Source: Macrostomum lignano (Eukaryota). Taken from it: a stretch of DNA of 64,000 nucleotides. Location of the stretch: the NCBI GenBank assembly GCA_002269645.1, contig NIVC01000636.1:186001-250000 (forward strand). Direction: 5' to 3'. This document shows, piece by piece, positions 23,401-35,386 of the stretch; positions within the stretch are counted from its first letter, which is position 1; every line of letters starts with the position of its first letter. The position numbers and the translations under genes are program-made. The notes under the pieces are model-generated. The model did not search any database. It had not been told where the DNA came from and saw nothing but the letters and a program-made list of their open reading frames with translations.

Positions 23401-26400
23401 ACCACGATTAATCAAACTGACAGGCTTTATATCTGTGAGGTTGTTTCACTGTTCACCAACATCCCTCTCGATTTCACCATTGAGCTGGCTGCTGATCTTG
23501 TGTATGAAAAAACCGATCCACCTCCTTTCTCCAAAGCCACTTTTAAGAAGATGCTCAAATTCGCCACCTCCGGCATCTTTCTTTTTCGGGACAAATATTA
23601 CAGACAGATTGATGGGTGTGCCATGGGCAGCCCTCTCGCCCCAACCCTCGCTAATTTATGCATGGCCCACTGGGAGAAGGACTGGATGGCCCTCCCTTGT
23701 GCGCCTCACTTCTACAAACGCTACGTCGATGACACGTTTGCGATCTTTGAGGACGAAGCTAAGAAGGACGAGTTTTTTAAGTTAATCAATTCTACTTATG
23801 AGAATATCAAATTCACGGCGGAGGGGGAGGCAGAAGACTTCCTTTCTTAGACATTGACGTTGACGCCACCGATGAAACTATTTCGACCAGCGTGTATAGG
23901 AAACCTAGCTTTACCGGGCTTATGCTTAGGTTTGACGCCTTGTGCCCTAGACAATGGAAAACCGGATTGATTCGTTGCTTTCTTCACCGGGCTTTTTCCA
24001 CTTGCAGCTCTTGGAGACTTTTCCACAACGAAGTTGAAATCCTCACCAATCTGCTCAGCTACAATGGCTATCCTAAGAACTTTGTGATGAAAATTGTCAA
24101 CTCTTTTCTCAATGACAAACTGACTGAACCTAATCGGATGAAAGTTCGTGATTCCACCTCTGAATGTCCCTTGATCACTTTGCCTTACTTTGGTGTTTGT
24201 TCTATAGAGTTTAAAAAGAAGTTAGAAAAGCTGCTCCGTAAAGACTTAAACACTCAAATCCGTGTTGTGTTTCGCACCGAAAAGATTGCTAAGTTTGTCT
24301 GCAAGTTGAAATCCAGTGTTCCACGTCCTCTCGCGGCTGGTGTCGTGTATAAATTTGTTTGCTCTGAGGACCAGAGCATCTCCTACATAGGAAAAACTAA
24401 ACGACACTTATACACGAGGGTCAGAGAGCACTGGCTAAAAAACTCTGCTATTAACGAACACCTGCTAACCTGCAATTCTTGTTGTGAGGCTGAACCACAC
24501 GAAATGATAAAGGCTATTGATTTTTGTAATAGAGATCACATGCTCTGCCTATTAGAAGCCCTGTACATTAAGACCAAACAGCCCACGTTAAATAACCAAC
24601 TTGCGATGGGTGGGGCTAGCCGTCAACTCAGAATTTTTTAGCTGATTTGTCAATGACCGGACTGGCTTGAAACTGATATGCACTTTACCCAACCAATACT
24701 GTATCAAAAATTGATTACTATGTACAAGTTTTAAACCATCAATTAAAAACTCAATTCAACTACTCTTGTTACTCTCAACTATCTATATATACTGAATATT
24801 CGTTCAAATTGTTTCTCAATAAAAAGACCCTGACGATGTCCTAATGCAAATGGACGAAATGCATCGGCAACTCAAATAATACTTCATGTTGATATTTACC
24901 TTTATTTATCTACTCTTCATCAAGCGAGCCACTTTACCTGATTTTAAGGTGCCTGTGATGTTTAAAATATGTAAAAATTAGTTTTATTTTCCTATTTTTA
25001 TCCTATTTCAAATTTCTAAATCATTTCTTTAGTTTGGTTGTGCCTTATATCTTTGTTTAGTCTTTCCTTTATTACCTTATAAGTTCTTGGTTGTATACTG
25101 AATCTTTCTTTTTCTTGTTTGTACTAAATGTAGTTTTTCAGGCTTTGTATTTTTTATGAATTAAATTTTAATTAGTTATAGATAAAAAATCAAGTCATTT
25201 ATTTAGTTTTTTATTTAATATGTTTCTATATCTATAACTAGAGTTGGACACTATAGTGTCCAAATAAAAATGCTAGTAGAAGTTAAAATTAATATAATAA
25301 ACTGACAGTTTCTGCATTTGTATATATTATTTCTTAAAACATGCATAATTTTTTTCTAGTCTATCATATAGAATTAACTGTATAAATATATTAAACATTG
25401 GTTTTAAACCAAAGAATTAAATGATATCAAATCATATTGAATAGAAATCACACAGATAAATAGCTAATATACTAAATAAATTTATTCTAAAAATCAATAT
25501 TAATATAATAAGAAAAGAAAAAAGTATAGTTGCTTTTGTGGCATTGTAATAATATTATTATTTAATATCTATTTAGTATTAAGGACTTATCTAAGGAATA
25601 TCAAAGGTTAAATTTACTTTTCCCCTTGTAAAAGATCACATATTTATTTTAAAAAATACTTAGCAAAGGCATAATAAATATATGCTAAAATTTTCCTATA
25701 GCCACCAAAGTGTCTAAGAGTCTTGCATCTTCTATCTAGGACCTAGGACTCATAACTCTCATGACAGTTTAAACAATTTTATTATATGTATATCAAAGCA
25801 TGCTTATTAATCAAATTCTATTGATGCAACAATGTTTTGAAAGCAACTTTTTAAATAGTAATTACAAGTTTTGGTTTTTGAATAAGTTTAGCCAATGACA
25901 AAATGGCATTCTAATGCATGCAAATTGGACAATGAAGTGTAGCAGCTGCTGCATTGACAAACCATCAAATGAATATCCACTGGAGCCACTGACTGATGCA
26001 TGTCACCATCCGCTGCTGCAGATCTGCATTCGGGTTTGAATTTTGACTAAATGAAAATGATCACACATTTAAACTTGCATGCCTGTACGAGTATCTAAAT
26101 ATGAACTGTTGGTGCACAATTTCTATAGTGCTGCTTGAAGTCTGTGGACTCGGAAGGTGTCTGCCCATACAGCCAGTGCGATGGCGAGGTGGAGCCGGAC
26201 TCAGAGAGCGCCGCCATCTACAGGCTGCAACTGGAGAGCGTTGTCTATGACTACAGGGACAAGGAGGTGTCCGGTAAGCTGATGCAGTGTGGATGCTGAA
26301 GGACTCCGCAATGAGGTTGGAGTTTCGTTAAATACCACTGGAGTCTCAGACCAAAGTATCAGGGATGGGATATTGATGCTGTGGTATCAGGGATGGGATA

Positions 26401-29400
26401 TTGATGCTGTGGTATCAGGGATGGGATACTGATGCTGAGGTATCAGAGATGGGATACTGATGCTGTGGTATCAGGGATGGGATATTGATGCTGTGGTATC
26501 AGGGATGGGATACTGATGCTGTGGTATCAGGGATGGGATACTGATGCTGGAGTATCAGGGATGGGATATTGATGCTGAGGTATCAGAGATGGGATACTGA
26601 TGCTGTGGTATCAGGGATGGGATACTGATGCTGGAGTATCAGTGATGGGATATTGATGCTGAGGTATCAGAGATGGGATACTGATGCTGTGGTATCAGGG
26701 ATGGGATATTGATGCTGTGGTATCAGGGATGGGATACTGATGCTGTGGTATCAGGGATGGGATACTGATGCTGGAGTATCAGGGATGGGATATTGATGCT
26801 GAGGTATCAGTGATGGGATATTAATGCTGAGGTATCAAGGATGGGATATTGATGCTGAGGTATCAGTGATGGGATATTAATGCTGAGGTATCAAGGATGG
26901 GATATTGATGCTGAGGTATCAAGGATGGGATACTGATGCTGTGGTATCAGGGATGGGATACTGATGCTGGAGTATCAGGGATGGGATATTGATGCTGGAG
27001 TATCAGGGATGGGATATTGATGCTGAGGTATCAGTGATAGGATATTGATGCTGAGGTATCAGAGATGGGATACTGATGCTGTGGTATCAGGGATGGGATA
27101 TTGATGCTGTGGTATCAGGGATGGGATACTGATGCTGTGGTATCAGGGATGGGATACTGATGCTGGAGTATCAGGGATGGGATATTGATGCTGAGGTATC
27201 AGAGATGGGATACTGATGCTGTGGTATCAGGGATGGGATACTGATGCTGGAGTATCAGTGATGGGATATTGATGCTGAGGTATCAGAGATGGGATACTGA
27301 TGCTGTGGTATCAGGGATGGGATATTGATGCTGTGGTATCAGGGATGGGATACTGATGCTGTGGTATCAGGGATGGGATACTGATGCTGGAGTATCAGGG
27401 ATGGGATATTGATGCTGAGGTATCAGTGATGGGATATTAATGCTGAGGTATCAAGGATGGGATATTGATGCTGAGGTATCAGTGATGGGATATTAATGCT
27501 GAGGTATCAAGGATGGGATATTGATGCTGAGGTATCAAGGATGGGATACTGATGCTGTGGTATCAGGGATGGGATACTGATGCTGGAGTATCAGGGATGG
27601 GATATTGATGCTGTGGTATCAGGGATGGGATATTGATGCTGAGGTATCAGTGATGGGATATTGATGCTGAGGTATCAGAGATGGGATACTGATGCTGTGG
27701 TATCAGGGATGGGATACTGATGCTGTGGTATCAGGGATGGGATACTGATGCTGGAGTATCAGGGATGGGATATTGATGCTGAGGTATCAGTGATGGGATA
27801 TTAATGCTGAGGTATCAAGGATGGGATATTGATGCTGAGGTATCAGTGATGGGATATTAATGCTGAGGTATCAAGGATGGGATATTGATGCTGAGGTATC
27901 AAGGATGGGATACTGATGCTGTGGTATCAGGGATGGGATACTGATGCTGGAGTATCAGAGATGGGATATTGATGCTGAGGTATCAGGGATGGGATACTGA
28001 TGCTGTGGTATCAGGGATGGGATACTGATGCTGGAGTATCAGAGATGGGATATTGATGCTGTGGTATCAGGGATGGGATATTGATGCTGTGGTATCAGGG
28101 ATGGGATACTGATGCTGTGGTATCAGGGATGGGATACTGATGCTGGAGTATCAGGGATGGGATATTGATGCTGGAGTATCAGGGATGGGATATTGATGCT
28201 GAGGTATCAGTGATAGGATATTGATGCTGAGGTATCAGAGATGGGATACTGATGCTGTGGTATCAGGGATGGGATATTGATGCTGTGGTATCAGGGATGG
28301 GATACTGATGCTGTGGTATCAGGGATGGGATACTGATGCTGGAGTATCAGGGATGGGATACTGATGCTGGAGTATCAGGGATGGGATATTGATGCTGAGG
28401 TATCAGAGATGGGATACTGATGCTGTGGTATCAGGGATGGGATACTGATGCTGGAGTATCAGTGATGGGATATTGATGCTGAGGTATCAGAGATGGGATA
28501 CTGATGCTGTGGTATCAGGGATGGGATATTGATGCTGTGGTATCAGGGATGGGATACTGATGCTGTGGTATCAGGGATGGGATACTGATGCTGGAGTATC
28601 AGGGATGGGATATTGATGCTGAGGTATCAGTGATGGGATATTAATGCTGAGGTATCAAGGATGGGATATTGATGCTGAGGTATCAGTGATGGGATATTAA
28701 TGCTGAGGTATCAAGGATGGGATATTGATGCTGAGGTATCAAGGATGGGATACTGATGCTGTGGTATCAGGGATGGGATACTGATGCTGGAGTATCAGGG
28801 ATGGGATATTGATGCTGTGGTATCAGGGATGGGATATTGATGCTGAGGTATCAGTGATGGGATATTGATGCTGAGGTATCAGAGATGGGATACTGATGCT
28901 GTGGTATCAGGGATGGGATACTGATGCTGTGGTATCAGGGATGGGATACTGATGCTGGAGTATCAGGGATGGGATATTGATGCTGAGGTATCAGTGATGG
29001 GATATTAATGCTGAGGTATCAAGGATGGGATATTGATGCTGAGGTATCAGTGATGGGATATTAATGCTGAGGTATCAAGGATGGGATATTGATGCTGAGG
29101 TATCAAGGATGGGATACTGATGCTGTGGTATCAGGGATGGGATACTGATGCTGGAGTATCAGAGATGGGATATTGATGCTGAGGTATCAGGGATGGGATA
29201 CTGATGCTGTGGTATCAGGGATGGGATACTGATGCTGGAGTATCAGAGATGGGATATTGATGCTGAGGTATCAGGGATGGGATATTGATGCTGAGGTATC
29301 AGGGATAGGATATTGATGCTGAGGTATCAGGGATGGGATATTGATGCTGAGGTATCAGGGATGGGATTTTGATGCTGAGGTATCAAGGATGGGATATTGA

Positions 29401-32025
29401 TGCTGAGGTATCAGGGATGGGATATTGATGCTGAGGTATCAGAGATGGGATATTGATGTTGAGGTATCAGTGATGGGATATTGATGCTGAGGTATCAATA
29501 TTCGGTTTACTTTTGCAGTCCTTCAGAGCGCAAGACTGTCTCCAGCATGCTGCGTTTCCCACCCACAGTGTCCCAGCCGCAGGTTGCAGTATCGCAGCTG
29601 GTTTCAATCCCGCTCAACCTGTCCGTCAGCTTCATGTCAGGCGACACGGCCATCATCAGCGCCCAGAGTCTGGACTCCCTCAATGCCTTCAAGCTGAAAT
29701 TGCAGCAGAAAATGGATGACAGGCCGCCGGTGCGCGAGATCAAAATCCTCATGGGCGGGACATCACTCGAGGTGAGCATTCACTGCTTCAGCCTGTGCAC
29801 ATCTCACCAGTGATCTCTGCACCTCACCAGCGCATCTGTTCCCTTCTGCACCTCACCAGCGCATCTGTTCCCCTCTGCACCTCACCAGTGCATTTGTTCC
29901 CCTCTGCACCTCACCAGTGCCTCTGTTCCCCTCTGCACCTCACCAGTGCATCTGTTCCCCTCTGCACCTCACCAGTGCATCTGTTCCCCTCTGCACCTCA
30001 CCAGTGCATCTGTTCCCCTCTGCACCTCACCAGTGCATCTGTTCCCTCTGCACCTCACCAGTGCATCTGTTCCCCTCCCTGCACCTCACCAGTGCATCTG
30101 TTCCCCTCTGCACCTCACCAGTGCATCTGTTCCCTTCTGCACCTCACCAGTGCATCTGTTCCCTTCTGCACCTCACCAGTGCATCTGTTCCCCTCTGCAC
30201 CTCACCAGTGCATCTGTTCCCCTCTGCACCTCACCAGTGCATCTGTTCCCCTCCCTGCACCTCACCAGTGCATCTGTTCCCCTCTGCACCTCACCAGTGC
30301 ATCTGTTCCCTTCTGCACCTCACCAGTGCATCTGTTCCCCTCTGCACCTCACCAGTGCATCTGTTCCCCTCTGCACCTCACCAGTGCATCTGTTCCCCTC
30401 TGCACCTCACCAGTGCATCTGTTCCCCTCTGCACCTCACCAGTGCATCTGTTCCCCTCCCTGCACCTCACCAGTGCATCTGTTCCCCTCTGCACCTCACC
30501 AGTGCATCTGTTCCCCTCTGCACCTCACCAGTGCATCTGTTCCCCTCTGCACCTCACCAGTGCATCTGTTCCCCTCTGCACCTCACCAGTGCATCTGTTC
30601 CCCTCCCTGCACCTCACCAGTGCATCTGTTCCCTTCTGCACCTCACCAGTGCATCTGTTCCCTTCTGCACCTCACCAGTGCATCTGTTCCCCTCTGCACC
30701 TCACCAGTGCATCTGTTCCCCTCTGCACCTCACCAGTGCATCTGTTCCCCTCTGCACCTCACCAGTGCATCTGTTCCCCTCTGCACCTTACCAGTGCATC
30801 TGTTCCCCTCTGCACCTCACCAGTGCATCTGTTCCCTTCTGCACCTCACCAGTGCATCTGTTCCCCTCTGCACCTCACCAGTGCATCTGTTCCCCTCTGC
30901 ACTTCAGCCCTGAGCTTGATAGCTCATACTCCTACCGAGCTTCATTTATCAATGCCTTCGTCCCACTGCTGCACCAACCGCAGGGAGACCACCGGACACT
31001 CGCTGAGCTGGGCATCGCCAGCGGCTGCACCGGCCTCAGAGCCATCCGCGTGCTGTACGAAGTGCCCAGCGACCTGAACAAGATTCGCTTCTCCATGTCC
31101 TGGGGCTGGCCGGAAAACAATCCAAAGAATTACCTGGATACGGCCTGCATCACCTTCTCCAAAGTGGGCGGCCTCATCACTCACCTGCACAATATCGACT
31201 TCCGCTCCACGTGGTGGCAACAAGCATACGAGTACCACTGCTATCAGAGGTTCATTGAGCACTGCGGAAATGCGACGAGAGACGACAGAGAGATGCGAAG
31301 CACTTCAACGTTCAATGTGAATCTTTGTATACTTTTATCGTTTATAGAAACTGGTCTGACCCGCTGCAAGGGGTCACGTGTGCAGTCAATGGCATAGCCA
31401 TCGACAATATCAACATGCAATACATGTACATGCAGCATAAAGTGGAGCTCACCCCAGTGCCACTCACTTTTTGTGGATGCCAAGCAGCCTATTCAGCTGC
31501 GCACTAACCTCGAGCAAATCTGCTTAACTTTGCCGTCCTGGAGTTGAATGCATCAATTCGTGCTGAGCTGGTGACAGATTGAGAAGTTGTATTGACGCTA
31601 CTGAGGTTTAGTTGAGTTTGCCAGGCTCTTTACCGCAATCCCAAGTGGTGTTTAATCGCATCTCGTGGATACCTTGCTCCCAACTCCAGGTGTGGGTGCA
31701 GAATCTTGACAACCTGGAAGTTCGGGGCCAGCCAGTGACTCACCTGCTGTTCCTGATGAGCGCGTGGCGCCGGCCCAACATGCAGGGCTACCGGATGCCC
31801 ACCCTGCAGTTCTTTGACAGCGCCCGGCCCACCCAGAGTCTGTACGAGGGCACCTTGGAGTTCAGCCGCTTCAGCCACTACCGCGGCCTCATCGTCTGCC
31901 TGCTGAAAAAGGACCGCGGCGCCTGGCAGATCGTGCAGGTCGCCCGGCCGTTCACCTCGGGAGACGCCACTAATTACTACCCCATCGTCTCCGACTGTCG
32001 CAGAGTGGTTGAACAATTCGGCTAG
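17457..32025 (+). CDS. Multi-exon protein with ubiquitin-like domain(s) and C-terminal TerD-like domain; exons 17457-17743, 18297-18607, 19077-19158, 26173-26273, 29527-29771, about 30915-31316, about 31690-32025
   Basis: The first five exons join with consistent phases (2,1,2,1) at GT-AG sites. Ubl-like: LSVSFMSGDTAIISAQSLDSLNAFKLKLQQKM...IKILMGGTSLE...RTLAELGI. TerD-like: IRFSMSWGW...YLDTACITF...IEHCGNA...THLLFLMSAW...LIVCLLKKDRGAWQIVQV...GDATNYYPI. The junctions flanking exon 6 and the start codon are uncertain. Confidence 0.72.
17790..18160. repeat. 16-bp minisatellite (AGGTGGCTGCGGAGTG)n
   Basis: Period 16 (18001/18017). Confidence 0.95.
18612..19058. repeat. (CAGT)n microsatellite filling an intron
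   Basis: Nearly pure tetranucleotide run starting at the GTGAGT donor. Confidence 0.98.
21713..24956 (+). mobile_element. Penelope-like element (RT + GIY-YIG), 5'-truncated, preceded by an inverted copy of its 3' end; ORF broken by two frameshifts
   Basis: LYGLCKVHK...LRPIVS, SLFTNIP, GCAMGSPLAP, RYVDDTF, LPFLDI, SVYRKP, and GVVYKFVC...YIGKTKRHLYTRVREH (GIY-YIG). 21725-22257 is the reverse complement of 24381-24913. Flanking direct repeat TTTAAGGTGCCTGT at 21713-21726 and 24943-24956. Confidence 0.93.
24808..24880 (+). ncRNA. Candidate minimal type I hammerhead ribozyme in the PLE 3' region (second copy on - strand at about 21758-21830)
   Basis: CTGACGA (24830-24836), stem II GTCC/GGAC, GAAA (24856-24859), palindromic ATGCAT helix III, then C. 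Stem I is weak and there is one extra U before stem II. Confidence 0.6.
26360..29500. repeat. 28-bp minisatellite (GATGCTGTGGTATCAGGGATGGGATATT)n, about 3.1 kb
   Basis: Period 28 (26403/26431); variant blocks recur. Confidence 0.97.
29800..30903. repeat. 29-bp minisatellite (CTGCACCTCACCAGTGCATCTGTTCCCCT)n
   Basis: Direct reading; fills the intron after the Ubl exon. Confidence 0.96.
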
Positions 32026-32889
32026 CCTCACTCTTGTCGCTATCCGCGGACTGTGTGAACAGCTCTGTCTGTTGGACTCGGTCTGTGTTTTTTATTCTTC
32101 TAATACGAGAATATTCGAATGCGTTCGATTGAACTTGCAAACCACTTTCTGCTGACCTGGCTCGTGATGAGCTCTATTGCGCCATTTTATGGTAATTGCA
32201 GATTTTGTTGATTTTATTGGTGTATTGCATGCATGCATGAATTATCATTGAAGACAGAAATTTATGAAACTTTGAACATGAAATCGATCATCTTTGTATT
32301 CTGATTTTTTGCCAAAAAGGCCAATGCAAAAGCTGCAGTTTTGACTGGAGCCGGTTATACTTGGTAAACTTGTGAGTAACATGAGGCAAGCTACCTGGTA
32401 GGAACAGGGGAGTGGGACACAATGTATTGTTGTGTTGCGACACAGAAGTCTTATGTTTCCAGATGCTTGTATGGATATAGAGCAGCTGTGTAGTTATAAG
32501 TGCTCTTTAACACTCGTTTATTAGTCGTGTCCATAGACATAAATCAAACACAGAGAATGAGTCTATGAGTCTATCATAACATAACATGTATTATAAAACT
32601 GCAGCGCGAAACTTTCTACCATCGCAGTTAGCAGTTCACCTGGCAATGAGCTGAAGTCAGTGTAGGAATCGATAGAAAGGCACATAGGAACACACACGAA
32701 ATTGCCACACGCTGCCTCCACCCAGTCAGCTCAGTCAGTCAGTCTCGCTTGCATTGGCAGCCAAGTGATTGAGAACCGTCCGGCCCATGCAAGTGCTGAC
32801 TGTTGCTGAGCTGACAGCAAAGCAGGAGAAAGAGCGGGTGAAGAGACAGCGTGATTAAAGTACAATGCTGATCAACAATAATCCCGTCG

Positions 32890-33817
32890 CTACTCCTGTC
32901 CCGACGCTGGAAGCAGGCGGCCGAATGCGACGACCTCGCACAGTGTGAGGTATTCGCCCTCGGTTTGCTGCGTCACACTGAGAGTGCTGCCGACTTTATT
33001 GCAGGCGAAGTCTTTCACGCTGAATGTCTGGCCGGAGTTGTAGCTGGCGCACTGCTGGCCGTCCAGGGCGATGGTGAAGTTCGTCAGCCTGTTGGCGCAG
33101 CAGTCCTGCCGGTTGTAGATGCGCACCAGGCTAATGAAGGCCTTGGAGGCCGCGGCCGCCTGCCACCACTGTTTGGTGTTGGCCAAGTGGTCTGTGTGAC
33201 CGCAGCTCCCGGCCGAGTAGGTCTGTGCCGTGCCGCCGTCTGTGACGCGTTCGCAGATGCCGTTGTAGCTGGTGCTGGACTGGCTGCAGCCGCTCAGCTG
33301 CAGCTGCTCTGCAGAATGTTTTTATGGAGGATATTTATATGAAGCCTAAATGCAGAGCCTCGAGGATACGGGATTGCAATATTAGTCCTCAGACTGGACT
33401 CAGACTCAAAGTTATTTTCCAGGTAACTGCATGGCCAAAAAAATTCTGTCATAATTTAGCATGTCAGCTTCCTTCAGACTAAGCTTTCTCACCTGACCGC
33501 CAGGCAAACACCCGGTCACCGCTGCAGTCAGTCGCTGAGGCGGCCGATGCAGCCGCGCTGACTTCCTGCTCGCTGCCTAGCAGGGCGCAGCCGCCGTCGT
33601 CAACAAGGCGGATGCCGCGGCACAGGGGCTCCAGTGTGCATCTCCAGGCGCAGGCGGAGAGCGCAGTTTTGAATCTGCCGCCCGAGCAGGCGGCGGCCGG
33701 GTTTCTCGGCTCGAAAATCAGTCGCGAGCTGCACGGCTGCAGAGCCTCAGCGCCGCGGACTGCAAGCAGCAGACAGCTGCAGCAGAATACAGCAATCAGC
33801 GGCATCGACACCGTCAT
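32890..33817 (-). CDS. Secreted PAN/apple-like + F-type lectin (fucolectin/FTP) protein, paralog 1; exons about 33838/33817-33493 and 33308-32890
   Basis: Signal peptide MPLIAVFCCSCLLLAVRGAEA. PAN-like Cys pattern CAWRC...CRGIRL...CALL. FTLD: C-G-H-T...WWQ...VRIYNRQDCCANRL...LTLCEVVAFG. Phase-1 GT-AG junction is in frame. Confidence 0.88.
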
Positions 33818-34944
33818 TGTTGAAGTCGGTTTGGCAGCCTAAAATTATGAGTTGTATAGGGATGAGTCGTTCAGCCTTCGTCAGTTCGGGTCTACTATGG
33901 TGCAGATGATGCGAATTCCGTGAAATTTCATGCAAACATTATTGGAAATTGCTTCATTTTGGTATTCTCAAGTCCAGAAGGTGAAGTATTGGGAAATTTG
34001 TGCTAAAGAAACTGAAAATACTTCCTATATTGCCAATGCATTTTGCTGCGAAGTTTGTACGATTTGAGAGGTCTGCTATTCTGCTTTAGCTGTCCTTGCT
34101 TGAAAACTGCGGGCTTACCAGCATGCAGACTCGACTCAGCAGATGCCGAATATACAAAAATAGGCTGCTGTAATTATAAGAAACTGCAGCTGCGGGGCGC
34201 AACTGCCAATTATTTGGCATTCACTGAAGCACTGTGGGTGATTATATACTATCGTCTCTGCTACCTGTCTATTTCTGCAGGTGCCCTCTTTTTTGTCGCT
34301 ATTCCCGGACCCAATCAATAACAATCGGGGTGCGTGGATTTGGCAGGTCAGTTGGCAGGGAAAATTAGCAAAATTACCGACATCGCACGGCATAGGAGAC
34401 CCGCCAGCCTCGGTTTTTGCCTGCTCCACTTGAGTGCTGCTGCTGCCTCCCACTAGTCCGCAGAGGCTCTCAAGACAATGCAGCCATTAGAGAAAATACA
34501 CCGAGCCAAACATGACCGACAGAATCAATTAAGTGGCTACTTCTGCTGTTTACGTCAATCAATTCTTCGTACACAAACATTTCCAGCTGTCTGGCTGTGT
34601 GCACCCTGGCGCACTTTTAGCGAATTGTCAACACAACCGGCGAGAGGCGTTACTTGCCCATTCCGCTGACTCCCCTGAGCAGGCACACAAGCGCACGGAT
34701 GCATGCACACTGAGCAGTACACACAGGCACACACTACTCACACAGGAGTGCACAGCGGCCCTCACTTTATTCACCGTTAGGCATGCAACCTTGTGCCAAG
34801 GGCGTTAATCACTTAGCAGACCCAAGCCTGGGCCGCTGGCACATAAGAGCGCCGTGCTAGACAACTGGGCTACGGCCCCTGCTGTCGGCCTAAATTTCTA
34901 GAAAAGAGCTTGTAAAAACTTCACGCCTCAACCAGAGAGAGTGA

Positions 34945-34977
<33 letters not shown>

Positions 34978-35049
34978 GCTGTCAAGGTCAAAGCCTTGTG
35001 GCAGTAGCCAGAGGTGAACTGGCTTGATGCAATGCGCAACCATATTACC

Positions 35050-35290
35050 TTCAGTAGAGTATTGCAGAGTATTGCAGTTTTTTGCAAACTATTGCAGATT
35101 ATTGCAGGTATTGCAGGGTATTTCAGAGTATTGCAGAGTATTACAGGGTATTGCAGAGTATTACAGAGTATTAAAGGTTATTGCAGAGCATTACAGAGTA
35201 TTGCAGAGTATTACAGAGTATTGCAGAGTATTGCAGAGTTTCAGAGTATTAAAGGGTATTGCAGGGTATTTCAGAGTATTGTAGAGTATT
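35050..35290. repeat. 10-bp degenerate repeat (GAGTATTGCA)n
   Basis: Direct reading. Confidence 0.9.
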
Positions 35291-35386
35291 CAAGTTTCTT
35301 TTTCAGCTTTTGTTTTCTTTCACTATTTCAGCAGCAACCGCATTCGACTCCGCTAAGAAACGCTTGGCCGGTCGCTTCTTCCTTCT

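Noticed and set aside
34380-34453. MGGSSSTQVEQ... exon-like start with a myristoylation-type N-terminus
   Set aside because: Its phase-1 donor does not fit the phase-0 acceptor of lectin paralog 1, and no partner exon was found.
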